A stretch of 64,000 bases of DNA from NCBI GenBank assembly GCA_030693145.1, contig JAUYBI010000015.1:8619-72618 (forward strand), in the 5' to 3' direction. Below, one piece after another: positions 44,845 to 55,767 of this stretch (within the stretch, counting starts at the first letter, position 1; the number at the start of each line of letters is the position of its first letter). The stretch comes from Candidatus Omnitrophota bacterium. Lineage in GTDB: Bacteria > Omnitrophota > Gorgyraeia > Gygaellales > Profunditerraquicolaceae. The position numbers and the translations under genes are program-made. Under the pieces are notes generated by a model. It saw only the letters and a program-made list of their open reading frames with translations, was not told the origin of the DNA and ran no database searches.

Positions 44845-45090
44845 GCGGCGCATCAGGCGCGATTTTCTGCGGTTAGCGGTAGCCGGGTGAATAATATTTT
44901 TTTTGGCGGCTTTATCCAGCTGGGAAAAAACCTTAGAAATGAAGGCCTTAGCTTCAACAGTGTTTTCTTTAGTAAGTAATTCCTGAAACTTCTTAATTGT
45001 TTTCTTAAGTTGTCCCTTTACCTTAAGATTGCGGGTATGTTTTCTCTTGTTTACGCGGTTACTTTTTAATGATGTTCTGCGTCTGGGCAT
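44827..45090 (-). CDS. rpsT: 30S ribosomal protein S20
   Basis: 87 aa. Basic N-terminus MPRRRTSLKSNRVNKRKH and an all-helical sequence of S20 length and composition. Convergent with holA, overlapping it by 18 nt. Confidence 0.85.
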   Translation of the reverse strand: MPRRRTSLKSNRVNKRKHTRNLKVKGQLKKTIKKFQELLTKENTVEAKAFISKVFSQLDKAAKKNIIHPATANRRKSRLMRRLSKTA

Positions 45091-45150
45091 ATGTTCTCCT
45101 TAGTTAATTTTACAGTAACAATTTAGTTGTTGGGAACATTCGAGGAGTCC

Positions 45151-45176
45151 GTAGGGCAGGTTTAAACCTGCCCTAC
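45151..45176. repeat. PalA C-variant (GTAGGGCAGGTTTAAACCTGCCCTAC)
   Basis: Perfect palindrome. The same compensatory change (G to C) is present on both arms. Confidence 0.8.
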
Positions 45177-45219
45177 TACTACATTTTATGAAGTATATTA
45201 TTAGCATAATTAATTACCC

Positions 45220-46776
45220 ATGTCAATAAACAAATATATCCCGGATAGTCAAAATCAGGCGGTTGCCCGCTCGGCAACGATGATCAGCCTGGCTACCCTT
45301 GCTTCGCGCGTTCTCGGTTTTATCCGGGATGTAATTATTGCCCGCCTGTTCGGAGTTTATCTTTATGCCCAGGCTTTTGTTATTGCTTTTCGTATCCCTA
45401 ATCTTTTCCGCGATCTGGTAGGGGAAGGTGCTGCTAACGCGGCAATTATCCCGGTTTTAAGCGAATATAATCTTAAGCATTCTCGTCAAGAGTTTTGGGA
45501 GCTGGCCAATATTTTACTTAATCTTTTGGCGGTAATCTTAAGCGCGATAACTATATTGGGAATAATTTTTTCTCCTTTGATTGTGCGCCTGATCGCCCCG
45601 GGTTTTATCGGATCCGCGGATAAGCTGCAAGCGACGATTAATTTAAACCGGATTATCTTTCCCTATATCCTGCTGATCGGCCTGGCGGCTTATGCCACGG
45701 CGGTGCTTAATTCGCTGAAGAGTTTTGCTCTCTCCGCATTTGCGCCCTGTTTTTTAAATATTGCGATAATTGTTTGCGCCCTGCTTTTTGGAGAAGGCAC
45801 CATGGGGTTGGCCGCCGGGGTCTTGTTGGGAGGTATTTTACAGCTGGCAGTGCAGGTTCCCCTTTTATATAAAAAGGGATTGCGCCCGAAATTTATTTTG
45901 TGTTTCCGGCATCCTGGCATAGTACAAATCCAAAAATTAATGTTGCCGCGGCTGGCTAGCTCCAGTATTTACCAGTTAAATAATTTTGTGGATTCAATTT
46001 TTGGTTCATTAGCCGCCATTGTGGGAGAGGGGGGAGTCGCGGTGCTGTATTTTTCCTATCGGCTTATACAATTTCCCATCGGTATTTTTAGTAATGCTAT
46101 TGCGCAGGCAATTTTACCTACTTTCTCTACCCAGGTATTAGAGGAAAATCAGGAAAATCTTAAAAATACGCTTTCCTGGGGGTTACGCCTAGTTTTTTTT
46201 GTGATGTTGCCAACAACCGCGCTGTTTATGGTTTTAGCTGACCCGTTAGTTTTTGGCCTTTTTGGCGGAGGCAAATTTGATTTTAACTCCGCGCGCTTAA
46301 CGAGCAATGCCCTATTTTTCTATAGCATTGGCTTAACTGCTTACGGAGGCACCAAGATATTACAATCCTGTTTTTTCGCCCTTAAAGATACGGTTACCCC
46401 TACCAAAATAGCCGGTTTAGCCTTGTTGATGAATATTATTCTAAATGCGCTATTAATGTTTCCGCTTAAAATGGGAGGCTTGGCTTTGGCTACCTCAATT
46501 TCAGGGGTAATTTCTTTTTTATTTTTATTTTTTATCCTCCGCCGCCGCCTGGGTGGTTTTGGAGAACATAAAATATTAAAGTCATTCTCGCGTATTCTGG
46601 CTGCCGCTTTGTGCATGGCCGCGGTATGTTTTTTGGTGAATCGAGCGTTAAATTTTGGCTGGGCATTATTTTGTGCCGCATTAGCCTATATCTTTTTTTG
46701 TGTTCTTTTTAAGGTAGCAGAACTAAAAGAGCTCATGAATTGGTTTTTCCATAAAAATTTAAGGCAATCTTTATGA
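45220..46776 (+). CDS. murJ: Lipid II flippase MurJ (MviN)
   Basis: 518 aa. ISLATLASRVLGFIRDVIIARLFG and AFRIPNLFRDLVGEG are MurJ signatures. About 14 TM helices. Confidence 0.85.
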   Translation: MSINKYIPDSQNQAVARSATMISLATLASRVLGFIRDVIIARLFGVYLYAQAFVIAFRIPNLFRDLVGEGAANAAIIPVLSEYNLKHSRQEFWELANILLNLLAVILSAITILGIIFSPLIVRLIAPGFIGSADKLQATINLNRIIFPYILLIGLAAYATAVLNSLKSFALSAFAPCFLNIAIIVCALLFGEGTMGLAAGVLLGGILQLAVQVPLLYKKGLRPKFILCFRHPGIVQIQKLMLPRLASSSIYQLNNFVDSIFGSLAAIVGEGGVAVLYFSYRLIQFPIGIFSNAIAQAILPTFSTQVLEENQENLKNTLSWGLRLVFFVMLPTTALFMVLADPLVFGLFGGGKFDFNSARLTSNALFFYSIGLTAYGGTKILQSCFFALKDTVTPTKIAGLALLMNIILNALLMFPLKMGGLALATSISGVISFLFLFFILRRRLGGFGEHKILKSFSRILAAALCMAAVCFLVNRALNFGWALFCAALAYIFFCVLFKVAELKELMNWFFHKNLRQSL

Positions 46777-46786
46777 GTTATTAACA

Positions 46787-46818
46787 ACAGTAGGGGAGGT
46801 TTAAACCTCCCCTACTGT
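46787..46818. repeat. PalA G-variant between murJ and uvrC
   Basis: ACAGTAGGGGAGGTTTAAACCTCCCCTACTGT. Confidence 0.85.
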
Positions 46819-46824
46819 AAGATT

Positions 46825-48066
46825 ATGGATTACTTGCAAACGATAAGGGAAAAAATTTTATCCGCCCCGGATTCTTGCGGTGTTTATTTAATGCGGGATT
46901 GTTTGGGCCGGGTACTTTATGTCGGTAAGGCCAAGGCGTTAAAGAAACGCTTGCTTAATTACCTGGGCCGGGATCTAGGCGGTAAAACTCAGAGCCTAAT
47001 GGCTAAAGTGGCAGATGTTGAGTTCAGGTTGGCTCCTAATGAGGCGATGGCTTTGTTGCTGGAGTTTAAGCTTATCCACGAGTTTAATCCCAAATACAAC
47101 ACCTCTCTTAAAGATGATAAAAGTTTTCCTTTTGTCAGGATCTCACCGGAGGAATTTCCTTCAATTCAAGTTACCCGTAAGAAAAATGATGCGTCCGGGC
47201 GATATCTAGGGCCCTACACTAACGCTAAACTTCTAAAAAACGCTCTTAAAATAATCCGTTTTGAGTTTGCCTACCGCACCTGCCGGCATTTTCCCAAGCA
47301 AAGTTGTATTTACCATAAGATTAACCTTTGTCCGGCGCCCTGCATTGGCAAGATCAGCCCTAAAGCCTACAAGCAGCGCATGGATAATATTATTCTAATT
47401 TTGGAGGGTAGGGGAGATTTATTGATACGCAAGCTGACTAAATCTATGCAGGATAAATCGAATGCCCAAGATTTTGAAGCGGCAGCCAGGATGCGTGATC
47501 AGATTATTATTTTGTCCGGAATGTCCGGCCAGCCAAATGATTCCAGCCGCAAAAATGAGTTGGAGCTCCTGGCGAGAAGCTTAAACTTAAAAAATTTGCC
47601 AACCAGGATTGAAGGATTTGATATTTCTAATCTTTCCGGTTCGCAGGCTGTGGGAGCAATGGTAAGTTTTTACAATGGCCAGCCGGAAAAAAATAACTAC
47701 CGTCGTTTTCGGATAAAAAGTTTTTCCCGGATTGATGATTATAAGATGCTTGCGGAAGTATTGCGCCGGCGTTATACCCGGCTGTTAAAAGAAAAGAAAG
47801 CCTTGCCGGATTTATTGCTGATTGACGGAGGCAAGGGGCATCTTTTAACCGCCCAGGCTGAGCTTAAAGCGTTAAATTTACATATTCCGCTGGTGAGTAT
47901 TGCCAAAGAAAAAGAGAATATTTATAGCAGCCAGCCCGGTAAACTGACGGTGGCTTTAGCCAAGGATGGGCCGGCTTTGAATTTAATCCGCCGCATCCGC
48001 GATGAGGCGCATAGGTTTGCCGTAGGCTACCACCGGCTCCTGCGCCAGGAGGATTTATTTAGATGA
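46825..48066 (+). CDS. uvrC: Excinuclease UvrC-like protein (GIY-YIG, Cys-rich, UVR and RNase H-like endonuclease domains; no C-terminal HhH)
   Basis: GVYLMRDCLGRVLYVGKAKALKKRL (GIY-YIG), UVR motif FEAAARMRDQI, IDGGKGHL endonuclease domain. At 413 aa it is about 200 aa shorter than canonical UvrC. Confidence 0.7.
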   Translation: MDYLQTIREKILSAPDSCGVYLMRDCLGRVLYVGKAKALKKRLLNYLGRDLGGKTQSLMAKVADVEFRLAPNEAMALLLEFKLIHEFNPKYNTSLKDDKSFPFVRISPEEFPSIQVTRKKNDASGRYLGPYTNAKLLKNALKIIRFEFAYRTCRHFPKQSCIYHKINLCPAPCIGKISPKAYKQRMDNIILILEGRGDLLIRKLTKSMQDKSNAQDFEAAARMRDQIIILSGMSGQPNDSSRKNELELLARSLNLKNLPTRIEGFDISNLSGSQAVGAMVSFYNGQPEKNNYRRFRIKSFSRIDDYKMLAEVLRRRYTRLLKEKKALPDLLLIDGGKGHLLTAQAELKALNLHIPLVSIAKEKENIYSSQPGKLTVALAKDGPALNLIRRIRDEAHRFAVGYHRLLRQEDLFR

Positions 48067-49031
48067 TTACTTTTCAAAGGATAAGAGGAGTTTTATTTTA
48101 TATAAGTTTATTTTCATTTTTTATCGGCCTGCCTTTTATTCTTTCTTTTGCTTTAGGATATAAATTTAATACCCATACTTTAAAATTCGTAAAGACCGGG
48201 TTAATTTTTGTCAAGACTCAGCCCGCAGGAGCTAAAGTTTATCTTAACGGTGAACTTATTGCTGAAAGGAGCCCCACTAGTATGCAGGAGCTGCTTCCCG
48301 GCTCTTATAAAGTTACCTTGGAATTAGCGCAACATTATCCCTGGAAGGGCCAGGTGGAAGTCGAGGCAGGCAAGGTTAGCCGGGTAGATAAAGTTATTCT
48401 TTTCCCGGCGCGGCCTAATCTGCGGCAGTTGAACCAGGAAAAATTCTCTTCTTTTCGCATTGATACTGAAAAAAAAGTGGTTTATTATCTGGATCAAGAG
48501 AAGAAAGTACTGTATCGCTCGAATTTAGACGCGAACAACTTTGAAGATATCGCCAGCCTCCCGGATAAGTTTACCCAGGTTAACGGCTGGGAGGTTTCTT
48601 CGGATAAAAGAAAGCTATTTATTTTTAATCAACATCAAATTAGCGTGATTTTTTTTGATACCCAGGTTGATTATGAATACGCGGCCTCTACGGTGTTTTT
48701 GGATTATCCGCAGGAGAAAATCATGGATGTTTTCTGGCATTCGGATAGCTACCATTTAGTGGTATTGACGGATAAAAATGTTCAGGTAATTGAATCCCGC
48801 CCGGGCGCAGCAGCGATTAATCTGGTAGCCTTAAATAAAGCAGGATCGGCTGCATTTTACGATACCAAAGAAGATGCGCTTTATTTTAGCGATAGTCAAA
48901 GAAGCCTTGATGGCAGTGCTTATAATAATCTGTATAAGTTGGAATTAAGCGCTAATCTTTATTTATTAGAAAAGTTGATCAGTCAGCCTTTTGGGAAAGT
49001 TAATCCTGAACAAAAGGAAAGGCAGGAATGA
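48063..49031 (+). CDS. PEGA-domain membrane-anchored protein
   Basis: N-terminal TM helix. PAGAKVYLNGELIAERSPTSMQELLPGSYKVTLEL is a PEGA-like motif. The C-terminal domain is unknown. Confidence 0.5.
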   Translation: MITFQRIRGVLFYISLFSFFIGLPFILSFALGYKFNTHTLKFVKTGLIFVKTQPAGAKVYLNGELIAERSPTSMQELLPGSYKVTLELAQHYPWKGQVEVEAGKVSRVDKVILFPARPNLRQLNQEKFSSFRIDTEKKVVYYLDQEKKVLYRSNLDANNFEDIASLPDKFTQVNGWEVSSDKRKLFIFNQHQISVIFFDTQVDYEYAASTVFLDYPQEKIMDVFWHSDSYHLVVLTDKNVQVIESRPGAAAINLVALNKAGSAAFYDTKEDALYFSDSQRSLDGSAYNNLYKLELSANLYLLEKLISQPFGKVNPEQKERQE

Positions 49032-50521
49032 ATAAGGCGCTATTTTTAAAGCGTATTCTTGAAATTATACCCGGAGGATTATCCTGGAGTATAATTATCC
49101 TATTGATCGCATTGTCTTTTTTGCATCCGGTATCCAGCGCGATTATTATCATCTCTTTTGATTTTTATTGGATTATCCGTACGCTGTATTTAACCACGCT
49201 TCTAGTGATGGCGCATTCGCGGCTTTTCCGCCAGAGGAATGAGGATTGGTTGGCGCGCTGCCGGAGTTTGCCCACGGATTTGGGTTTTTCAGAACTGTAT
49301 CAGGTAGTGATCTTTCCGGTTTGCAACGAGGGGCTGGAAGTTTTGCGCCCATCGTTGGCGGCTTTGAGCGGGAGCCGTTATCCTTGCGAGAAGATCATCG
49401 TGGTGATGGCTTTTGAAGCAAGGAATACCTGCGCGCATGACAACGCTTTAATTTTAGAGAAAGAATTTAGCGGGAGGTTTGGCGCGTATCTATCCACATT
49501 CCATCCTGATGATTTGCCCGGGGAGAGCCGGACTAAAGGCGCTAATGCTACCTGGTCGGCAAAAGCGGCCAGGGAATTCCTGGATACCCGCAGGATTGCT
49601 TATGAGCAGGTAGTAGTTTCCTGTTTCGACGCGGATACTTGTGTGGATAAGGAATATTTCGGTTGTTTAAGTTATCATTTTCTGACTTCTGATAAGAGGC
49701 ATCAGGCAAGTTATCAGCCGATGCCGGTTTATAATAATAATATCTGGCAGGCACCGTCTTTTGCCAGGCTGGTTGAGATTAGCAGTTCATTTTGTCAGAT
49801 GATTGAAAGCATGCGTTTGGAGAAGTTTGTTACCTTCTCCAGCCATAGTATGAGTTTTAAGACCTTGGTCCAAATAGATTACTGGCCAACCAATATGATC
49901 TCGGATGATTCGGTGATTTATTGGAAAGGTTATTTGTATTATAACGGAGATTATCGCGTGATTCCGTTATATGTTACGGTTTCTCTGGATGTGGCTTATT
50001 CCAGCAATATCTGGCGGACCATGGTTGTGCAGTATAAACAGAAAAGAAGGTGGGCCTGGGGGGTAGAGAATTTTCCTTTTGTGGTAAATGGTTTTATTAA
50101 CAATAAGAATATTTCCCTGTTTAATAAATTAAGAAGATCTTTCCATCTCTTGGAGAGCCATGTTACCTGGGCGGTCTGGGCGGTAATCCTGGTAGTGATT
50201 GGGCCGCTGCCCATACTCTTTGGGGGAACATTTTTTAGCCAGATGGCCATTGCTTATAACCTGCCAAAAATTACCGGCTTATTGTTCAAATTCACTCTCT
50301 TTACTAGTTTGACTTGGATTTTTTTAAGTTGGACAATTTTACCTCCCCGGCCTAAGGGGATAAGCTGGCTTAAACACGTGCTTTTAATTCTGGAATGGAT
50401 TTTTGTGCCATTGATCATATTGATTATCGGTTCGGCTCCGGCACTTGATGCCCAAACTCGGCTGATGTTTGCTAAATACATGGAATTTAACCCTACATTA
50501 AAAGGGGATAAGGTGTTATAA
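49028..50521 (+). CDS. Family 2 glycosyltransferase, processive (cellulose-synthase-like, QxxRW)
   Basis: Several TM helices. DAD (DxD) motif and QYKQKRRWAWG (QxxRW). Confidence 0.7.
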   Translation: MNKALFLKRILEIIPGGLSWSIIILLIALSFLHPVSSAIIIISFDFYWIIRTLYLTTLLVMAHSRLFRQRNEDWLARCRSLPTDLGFSELYQVVIFPVCNEGLEVLRPSLAALSGSRYPCEKIIVVMAFEARNTCAHDNALILEKEFSGRFGAYLSTFHPDDLPGESRTKGANATWSAKAAREFLDTRRIAYEQVVVSCFDADTCVDKEYFGCLSYHFLTSDKRHQASYQPMPVYNNNIWQAPSFARLVEISSSFCQMIESMRLEKFVTFSSHSMSFKTLVQIDYWPTNMISDDSVIYWKGYLYYNGDYRVIPLYVTVSLDVAYSSNIWRTMVVQYKQKRRWAWGVENFPFVVNGFINNKNISLFNKLRRSFHLLESHVTWAVWAVILVVIGPLPILFGGTFFSQMAIAYNLPKITGLLFKFTLFTSLTWIFLSWTILPPRPKGISWLKHVLLILEWIFVPLIILIIGSAPALDAQTRLMFAKYMEFNPTLKGDKVL

Positions 50522-50542
50522 TATTTATACGGAGGAAAAAAT

Positions 50543-51616
50543 ATGGATATTAAAAAATTAATGCAAGAGATGGTGGATAAGAATGCTTCAGATCTTTTTC
50601 TTCGAGCCGGAGGGGTGCCGCGTCTACGCATTGATGGCAAGGTTCTCCCTATGGATACCAGGAATTTAAACATAGAGGATCTAATGTTCGCCATGGAACA
50701 GCTGGCGATTACTAAACAGTGTGAGGCTTTTAGGAATAAGCTGGATGTTGATTTTGCCGTATTCCTGCCGGAATTTAACCGGCGTTTCCGGGTGAGTATA
50801 TTTACGCAGAGAAATTGGCCGGCGATTGTTATCCGCAACGTCCGCAATAGCATCTCTTCTTTTGAGGAGTTAAATCTTCCCGCGGAAATATTAAAAAAAC
50901 TATCGCTGGAAACCCGGGGCCTGGTACTTTTAACCGGAAGTATGGGCAGCGGAAAATCCACGACCATTGCCAGTATGGTAGAATACATAAATAATAATGC
51001 CAAGAAACATATCTTGACTGTTGAGGAACCGATTGAATTTACCTTTGAGGATAAACAGTCAATTATTAATCAACGGGAGCTGGGGATTGATGTGTCTAGT
51101 TATCCGGTGGCGCTGCGCGCCTTTACCTTACAAAGCCCGGACGTCATATTTATCGGTAATATCCGTGATTATGATACAGTCTCAGCCGCCATGTCTGCCG
51201 CGGAGACGGGAGTTTTAGTTTTAAGTACTTTGCATACGATCAATGCTTCGCAGACCGTGGAAAGGTTAATTAATCTTTTCCCTCCGCATCAACATCAAGA
51301 GGTAAGGAATCAGCTCGCCACACTGTTAAAAGGAGTAATTTCTTTACGCCTGGTGCCGGCGAAGAGTGGTGCGGGCCGGGTTCCGGCTTATGAAGTAATG
51401 CTGCTGACTCCGACGATCGGCCGTTTAATCCGTGAAGGAAAAATTTGGGAAATCCCGCAATTTATTGATGATGGAACGGTATTTGGGATGCAATCATTTA
51501 ATCAGTCTTTGGTTAGGTTAGTGCATGAGGGTAAGGTGGCTTTGGAGGATGCGGCGTTAGCTGCAGACAGCCGCGAGGAATTTATGTTGGCTTATAGAGG
51601 AATTAAGAAAAGTTAA
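50543..51616 (+). CDS. pilT: Twitching-motility ATPase PilT
   Basis: 357 aa. Walker A LLTGSMGSGKSTT. PilT-like AIRNxxxxF region (VIRNVRNSISSF). Confidence 0.85.
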   Translation: MDIKKLMQEMVDKNASDLFLRAGGVPRLRIDGKVLPMDTRNLNIEDLMFAMEQLAITKQCEAFRNKLDVDFAVFLPEFNRRFRVSIFTQRNWPAIVIRNVRNSISSFEELNLPAEILKKLSLETRGLVLLTGSMGSGKSTTIASMVEYINNNAKKHILTVEEPIEFTFEDKQSIINQRELGIDVSSYPVALRAFTLQSPDVIFIGNIRDYDTVSAAMSAAETGVLVLSTLHTINASQTVERLINLFPPHQHQEVRNQLATLLKGVISLRLVPAKSGAGRVPAYEVMLLTPTIGRLIREGKIWEIPQFIDDGTVFGMQSFNQSLVRLVHEGKVALEDAALAADSREEFMLAYRGIKKS

Positions 51617-51648
51617 TTTACTAACCCAGAGGAGGAAATAAGATAACC

Positions 51649-52747
51649 ATGATTGAAGAGATTAAAGCTAAGCTGGTGGAGATTGGCGTAAGGATGGAGA
51701 ACTTAAGAGGTTATCTTTGACGTTGCCCATAAAAGGCAAAAGATTGATGCTTTAAACGAGCAGATGTCGAGCGAAGGTTTTTGGAATAATACAGAACGTT
51801 CAACCAGCGTAGTTAAGGAATTAAAAAACCTTAAAACAACGGTTGAGCCTTGGGAGTTAGCTTATAAAAAATATCAGGAACTGGCTGAGCTTATTCCTTT
51901 ACTTCAAGAGAATGATCAGGATTTGGTTTCAGAGTTAACGCGTAATGCCTCAAGCCTTATCGGGATAATTGATAAGTTAGAATTTCAGGTGCTTTTAGGG
52001 GGGGCGTTTGATAAACATAGCGCAATCTTAAGCATTAATGCCGGAGCCGGCGGCACGGAATCCTGTGATTGGGCAGGAATGCTTTTAAGGATGTATAGCC
52101 GTTTTGCCGAAAGCCACGACTATAGCGTAAAAACAATTGATATCCTTTCCGGGGAAGAAGCGGGAATTAAAAATGTTACTTTGCTCATCGAGGGCCCGTA
52201 TGCCTTTGGCTATTTAAAGGCAGAACGGGGGGTGCATCGATTAGTGCGTATTTCGCCTTTTGACGCGAATAAGCGCAGGCATACTTCTTTTGCTTCAGTG
52301 GACGTGATTCCGGAGATAGAGGAAGAATTAGAGCTAAAAATCCAGGAGAGTGATCTGCGCGTAGATGTTTTTCGGGCCAAGGGCGCCGGCGGCCAAAGCG
52401 TGAACACCACGGATTCAGCGGTAAGAATTACCCATTTGCCCAGTGGAATTGTCGCGCAATGCCAGAATGAGCGTTCGCAATTTCAAAATAAACAAACGGC
52501 TTTAAAGATACTTAAGGCGCGTATTTATGAAGCAGAGCAGGCTAAAAAAGCAGAAGAGGTAAAACAGCAGGACTCAGATAAAAAGAGGATTGAGTGGGGC
52601 AGCCAGATTCGTTCCTATGTTTTACATCCCTATAATTTAGTGAAGGATCACCGCACGGATTTTGAAACCGGAGATAGCCAAAAGATTTTAGACGGCGGCC
52701 TGGATGATTTTATCGAGGCGTATTTAAAGTTTAGCGCGAATAAATAA
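51649..52747 (+). CDS. prfB: Peptide chain release factor 2, made by a programmed +1 ribosomal frameshift at CTT TGA C
   Basis: ORF0 runs 51649-51720 (MIEEIKAKLVEIGVRMENLRGYL*) and ends in AGAGGT TAT CTT TGA C. The +1 frame continues with DVAHKRQKIDALNEQ... into the 51764 ORF, which carries SPF and GGQ. Confidence 0.85.
51715..51721 (+). promoter_or_regulatory. prfB programmed +1 frameshift site CTT TGA C, with an upstream SD-like AGAGGT
   Basis: Matches the canonical RF2 autoregulatory frameshift cassette. Both reading frames were reconstructed by hand. Confidence 0.85.
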
Positions 52748-52762
52748 GGGGATTTAAAAAAA

Positions 52763-52815
52763 CAAGGGGACGGTTCTCTTATTTAAGAGAACCGTCCCCG
52801 GGATTTTAAAAATTC
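52763..52815. repeat. HpB hairpin with GGGATTTTAAAAATTCAGGAG tail upstream of secA
   Basis: CAAGGGGACGGTTCTCTTATTTAAGAGAACCGTCCCC-GGGATTTT. Confidence 0.8.
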
Positions 52816-52824
52816 AGGAGTAAA

Positions 52825-55767
52825 ATGCTAGGTTTAATTAAAAAAGTTATTCTTAAGAATAAGCAGGGCGAAATCAGGAAGAGATTTCCCAAATTAAATA
52901 TCACCTTGCATGTTGAGATGCCCAGCCCCTCCATGAATAAAATGGTGGAGGTAGCGCGGCTGGTTAATTTGGTAAATTCTTTTGAAAGCCGGATCAGCGC
53001 CTTAAGCGATAGCCAGCTTGCCGCCAAGACAGATGAGTTTAGGGAGCATTTAAAAAATAAATCTGAAAAGTTTAACCAGGAGCTAGAAGAACTGCAGCAG
53101 GCGATGCTGAAGGTGGCGATGCCTGAAGAAAAAGAGAAATTAAAAGAAAAGTTAAAAATTAGCCGCAACAGAATTTTTGCGGAAATATTACCCGAGGCTT
53201 TCGCGGTAGTCAGGGAGGCATCAGGCCGGACAATAGGTTTAAGGCATTTTGATGTGCAGATTATCGGGGGTATTATTTTACATGAGGGCCGGATCGCGGA
53301 GATGTCTACCGGGGAAGGAAAGACCCTGGTGGCTACACTGGCGGCATATCTGAATGCTTTATTGGGCAAGGGCGTGCATATTATTACGGTCAATGATTAC
53401 CTGGCCCGGCGCGACCGGGAGTGGATGGGGCCGATCTATGAATTTTTGGGTTTATCCGTAGGCACTATCCAGCATGATATGTCGGATGAGCAAAGAAAAG
53501 TTGCTTATGCTTCTGATATAACTTATGGCACCAATAATGAGTTTGGTTTTGATTATCTGCGCGACAATATGAAGTATTCTACAGAAGATCTGGTACAGAG
53601 GCCTTTTTATTACGCGATTGTGGATGAAGTAGATTCTATATTAATTGATGAAGCGCGTACTCCTTTGATCATCTCCGGACCGGCGGAAGAGTCCACAGAA
53701 AAATATTATAACGCTAAGAAAATAGTTGAACAATTAGATGGGCGCCGGGTTACGGAGCGTGATGAGATTGACGCAAAATATAAAGGGATAGATTTAGGCA
53801 AAGGTTTTGATTACGTAGCGGATGAGAAGGCGCAAACCGTAGCTTTGACCGAAGCCGGGGAGATTAAGGCTTCTAAGCTTTGGGGCGTGGATACCCTGCA
53901 TTCCTTAGAGACAATCGAATACCGGCACCATACTATTCAGGCTTTACGGGCAAAAGAGTTTTTCCAGAGGGATGTGGATTATGTAATTAAGGATGGGGAG
54001 GTAATTATCGTCGATGAATTTACGGGCCGGTTGATGCCGGGCCGGCGTTGGTCAGACGGCCTGCATCAGGCTGTCGAGTCTAAAGAGGGCTTGAAGATTG
54101 AGCGGGAAAATCAGACTTTAGCCACGATTACCTTTCAGAATTATTTCCGGATGTATGAAAAATTAGCGGGAATGACCGGTACGGCTTTTACGGAAGCGAA
54201 TGAATTTAAAAGTATCTATCAGTTAGATGTCGTGGTTTTACCGACCAATCAGCCTTTAGTGCGTAAGAATTATCCGGATCGTATTTATAAAACGGAAGAA
54301 GAAAAATTTGCGGCTGTAGTTGAAGAGATTGCCCAGTTAAGTGACTTAGGTAAACCCGTATTGGTAGGCACCATTACCATTGATAAATCTGAAAGGCTCT
54401 CTGAGATGCTTAAACGCCGGGGGATTAAGCATCAGGTGTTAAATGCTAAATATCATGAAATGGAGGCCCAAATTATCTCCCAGGCGGGCAGCTATAAAGG
54501 CGTAACCATTGCTACGAATATGGCCGGCCGCGGCACAGATATACTTTTGGGAGGGAATCCCGAGTTTGTAGCCAAAAATGTGGCCAAACAGAAATTAAAC
54601 CCTCAAGACCCGGATTATCTTGTTGAATATAAAAAGATTCTCCAGCATTATAAATCTATAGCTGCCGTTGAGCATAATCAGGTAGTAGGATTAGGGGGCC
54701 TGCATGTTTTAGGCACGGAGCGCCATGAAGCCAGGCGGATTGATAATCAGCTGCGCGGCCGCAGCGGCCGTCAGGGGGACCCCGGAAGTTCACGTTTTTA
54801 TGTATCCTTAAAGGATGACCTGATGCGTTTGTTTGGTTCTGACCGGATTATCGGATTAATGGAAAAACTGGGCTTGGAAGAAGGCCAGGTTATTGAACAT
54901 CCATGGGTTAGCGGCTCGATTGAGATCGCTCAGCGCCGGGTAGAGCAGCATAACTTTGAGATTAGAAAGCAACTCTTAGATTATGATAATGTAATGAATA
55001 AACAGAGAGAGATCATCTATGGCCAGCGCCGCCAGATTCTGGAAGGATTCTCTTTGCGAGAAAATATCATCGAGATTATTTCTAAACTGGCCCGGGATTA
55101 TTTAGTAATTTATAAACAGCCGGAGACTTCTGAAATTGATAGCGCAGGCTTAACTAGTTTTATAGACTTAAATTTTGGCCTGCAATTAGATGCGCAAACA
55201 TTTAATCATCAAAGCGCTGAAGAGGCCGGGGAGAAACTAACGCAGGAGCTGCTGGCGGCTTATGAAAATAAAGAGAAATTAATCGGCCGGGAGTTATTGC
55301 GAAATTTAGAGCGGATGGTTTTCCTGCAGATCATCGATAGCAAATGGAAAGATCATCTTTATGCCATGGATAGTTTGCGTGAAGGTATCGGCCTGCGGGC
55401 CTATGGACAAAGGGATCCTTTAATTGAGTATAAGCGCGAAGCTTTTGAGATGTTTACTCAAATGATTAGCGCTATCGAAGAAGATGCCGCGCAGACTATT
55501 TATAAATTAGAGTCGGTTAAACCAGAGAGGTTCCAGGGGGTTTTCAGTTCTTTACCTAAAGAGCTAAGCCACCCGGAATTAGCGATTTTTCCGGCCGATA
55601 CTGCGCAAGCAATCCCTGCGTCATTAGCGGTTACCCCTCAGAAACAATCCGCTAAGCCTGTGCCGGCAAATCAGCCGAAAGTGGGCCGAAATGACCCCTG
55701 TCCCTGCGGGAAAACAGATTCCATAACCGGAAGATTGTTGAAATATAAAAAATGTTGCGGAAAATGA
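52825..55767 (+). CDS. secA: Preprotein translocase ATPase SecA
   Basis: 980 aa. MLGLIKKV N-terminus, [10 protein letters not shown] and [10 protein letters not shown] (DEAD-like motor). C-terminal Zn finger CPCGK...CCGK. Confidence 0.95.
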   Translation: MLGLIKKVILKNKQGEIRKRFPKLNITLHVEMPSPSMNKMVEVARLVNLVNSFESRISALSDSQLAAKTDEFREHLKNKSEKFNQELEELQQAMLKVAMPEEKEKLKEKLKISRNRIFAEILPEAFAVVREASGRTIGLRHFDVQIIGGIILHEGRIAEMSTGEGKTLVATLAAYLNALLGKGVHIITVNDYLARRDREWMGPIYEFLGLSVGTIQHDMSDEQRKVAYASDITYGTNNEFGFDYLRDNMKYSTEDLVQRPFYYAIVDEVDSILIDEARTPLIISGPAEESTEKYYNAKKIVEQLDGRRVTERDEIDAKYKGIDLGKGFDYVADEKAQTVALTEAGEIKASKLWGVDTLHSLETIEYRHHTIQALRAKEFFQRDVDYVIKDGEVIIVDEFTGRLMPGRRWSDGLHQAVESKEGLKIERENQTLATITFQNYFRMYEKLAGMTGTAFTEANEFKSIYQLDVVVLPTNQPLVRKNYPDRIYKTEEEKFAAVVEEIAQLSDLGKPVLVGTITIDKSERLSEMLKRRGIKHQVLNAKYHEMEAQIISQAGSYKGVTIATNMAGRGTDILLGGNPEFVAKNVAKQKLNPQDPDYLVEYKKILQHYKSIAAVEHNQVVGLGGLHVLGTERHEARRIDNQLRGRSGRQGDPGSSRFYVSLKDDLMRLFGSDRIIGLMEKLGLEEGQVIEHPWVSGSIEIAQRRVEQHNFEIRKQLLDYDNVMNKQREIIYGQRRQILEGFSLRENIIEIISKLARDYLVIYKQPETSEIDSAGLTSFIDLNFGLQLDAQTFNHQSAEEAGEKLTQELLAAYENKEKLIGRELLRNLERMVFLQIIDSKWKDHLYAMDSLREGIGLRAYGQRDPLIEYKREAFEMFTQMISAIEEDAAQTIYKLESVKPERFQGVFSSLPKELSHPELAIFPADTAQAIPASLAVTPQKQSAKPVPANQPKVGRNDPCPCGKTDSITGRLLKYKKCCGK

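Noticed and set aside
50254-51003. 249-aa minus-strand ORF
   Set aside because: It lies entirely antisense to the well-supported pilT (Walker A, PilT motifs) and the GT2 3' end. The protein is low-complexity (S/R/L-rich). It is an antisense artefact.
52806-53393. 195-aa minus-strand ORF
   Set aside because: Antisense to the secA N-terminus. Ser/Phe-rich low-complexity translation.
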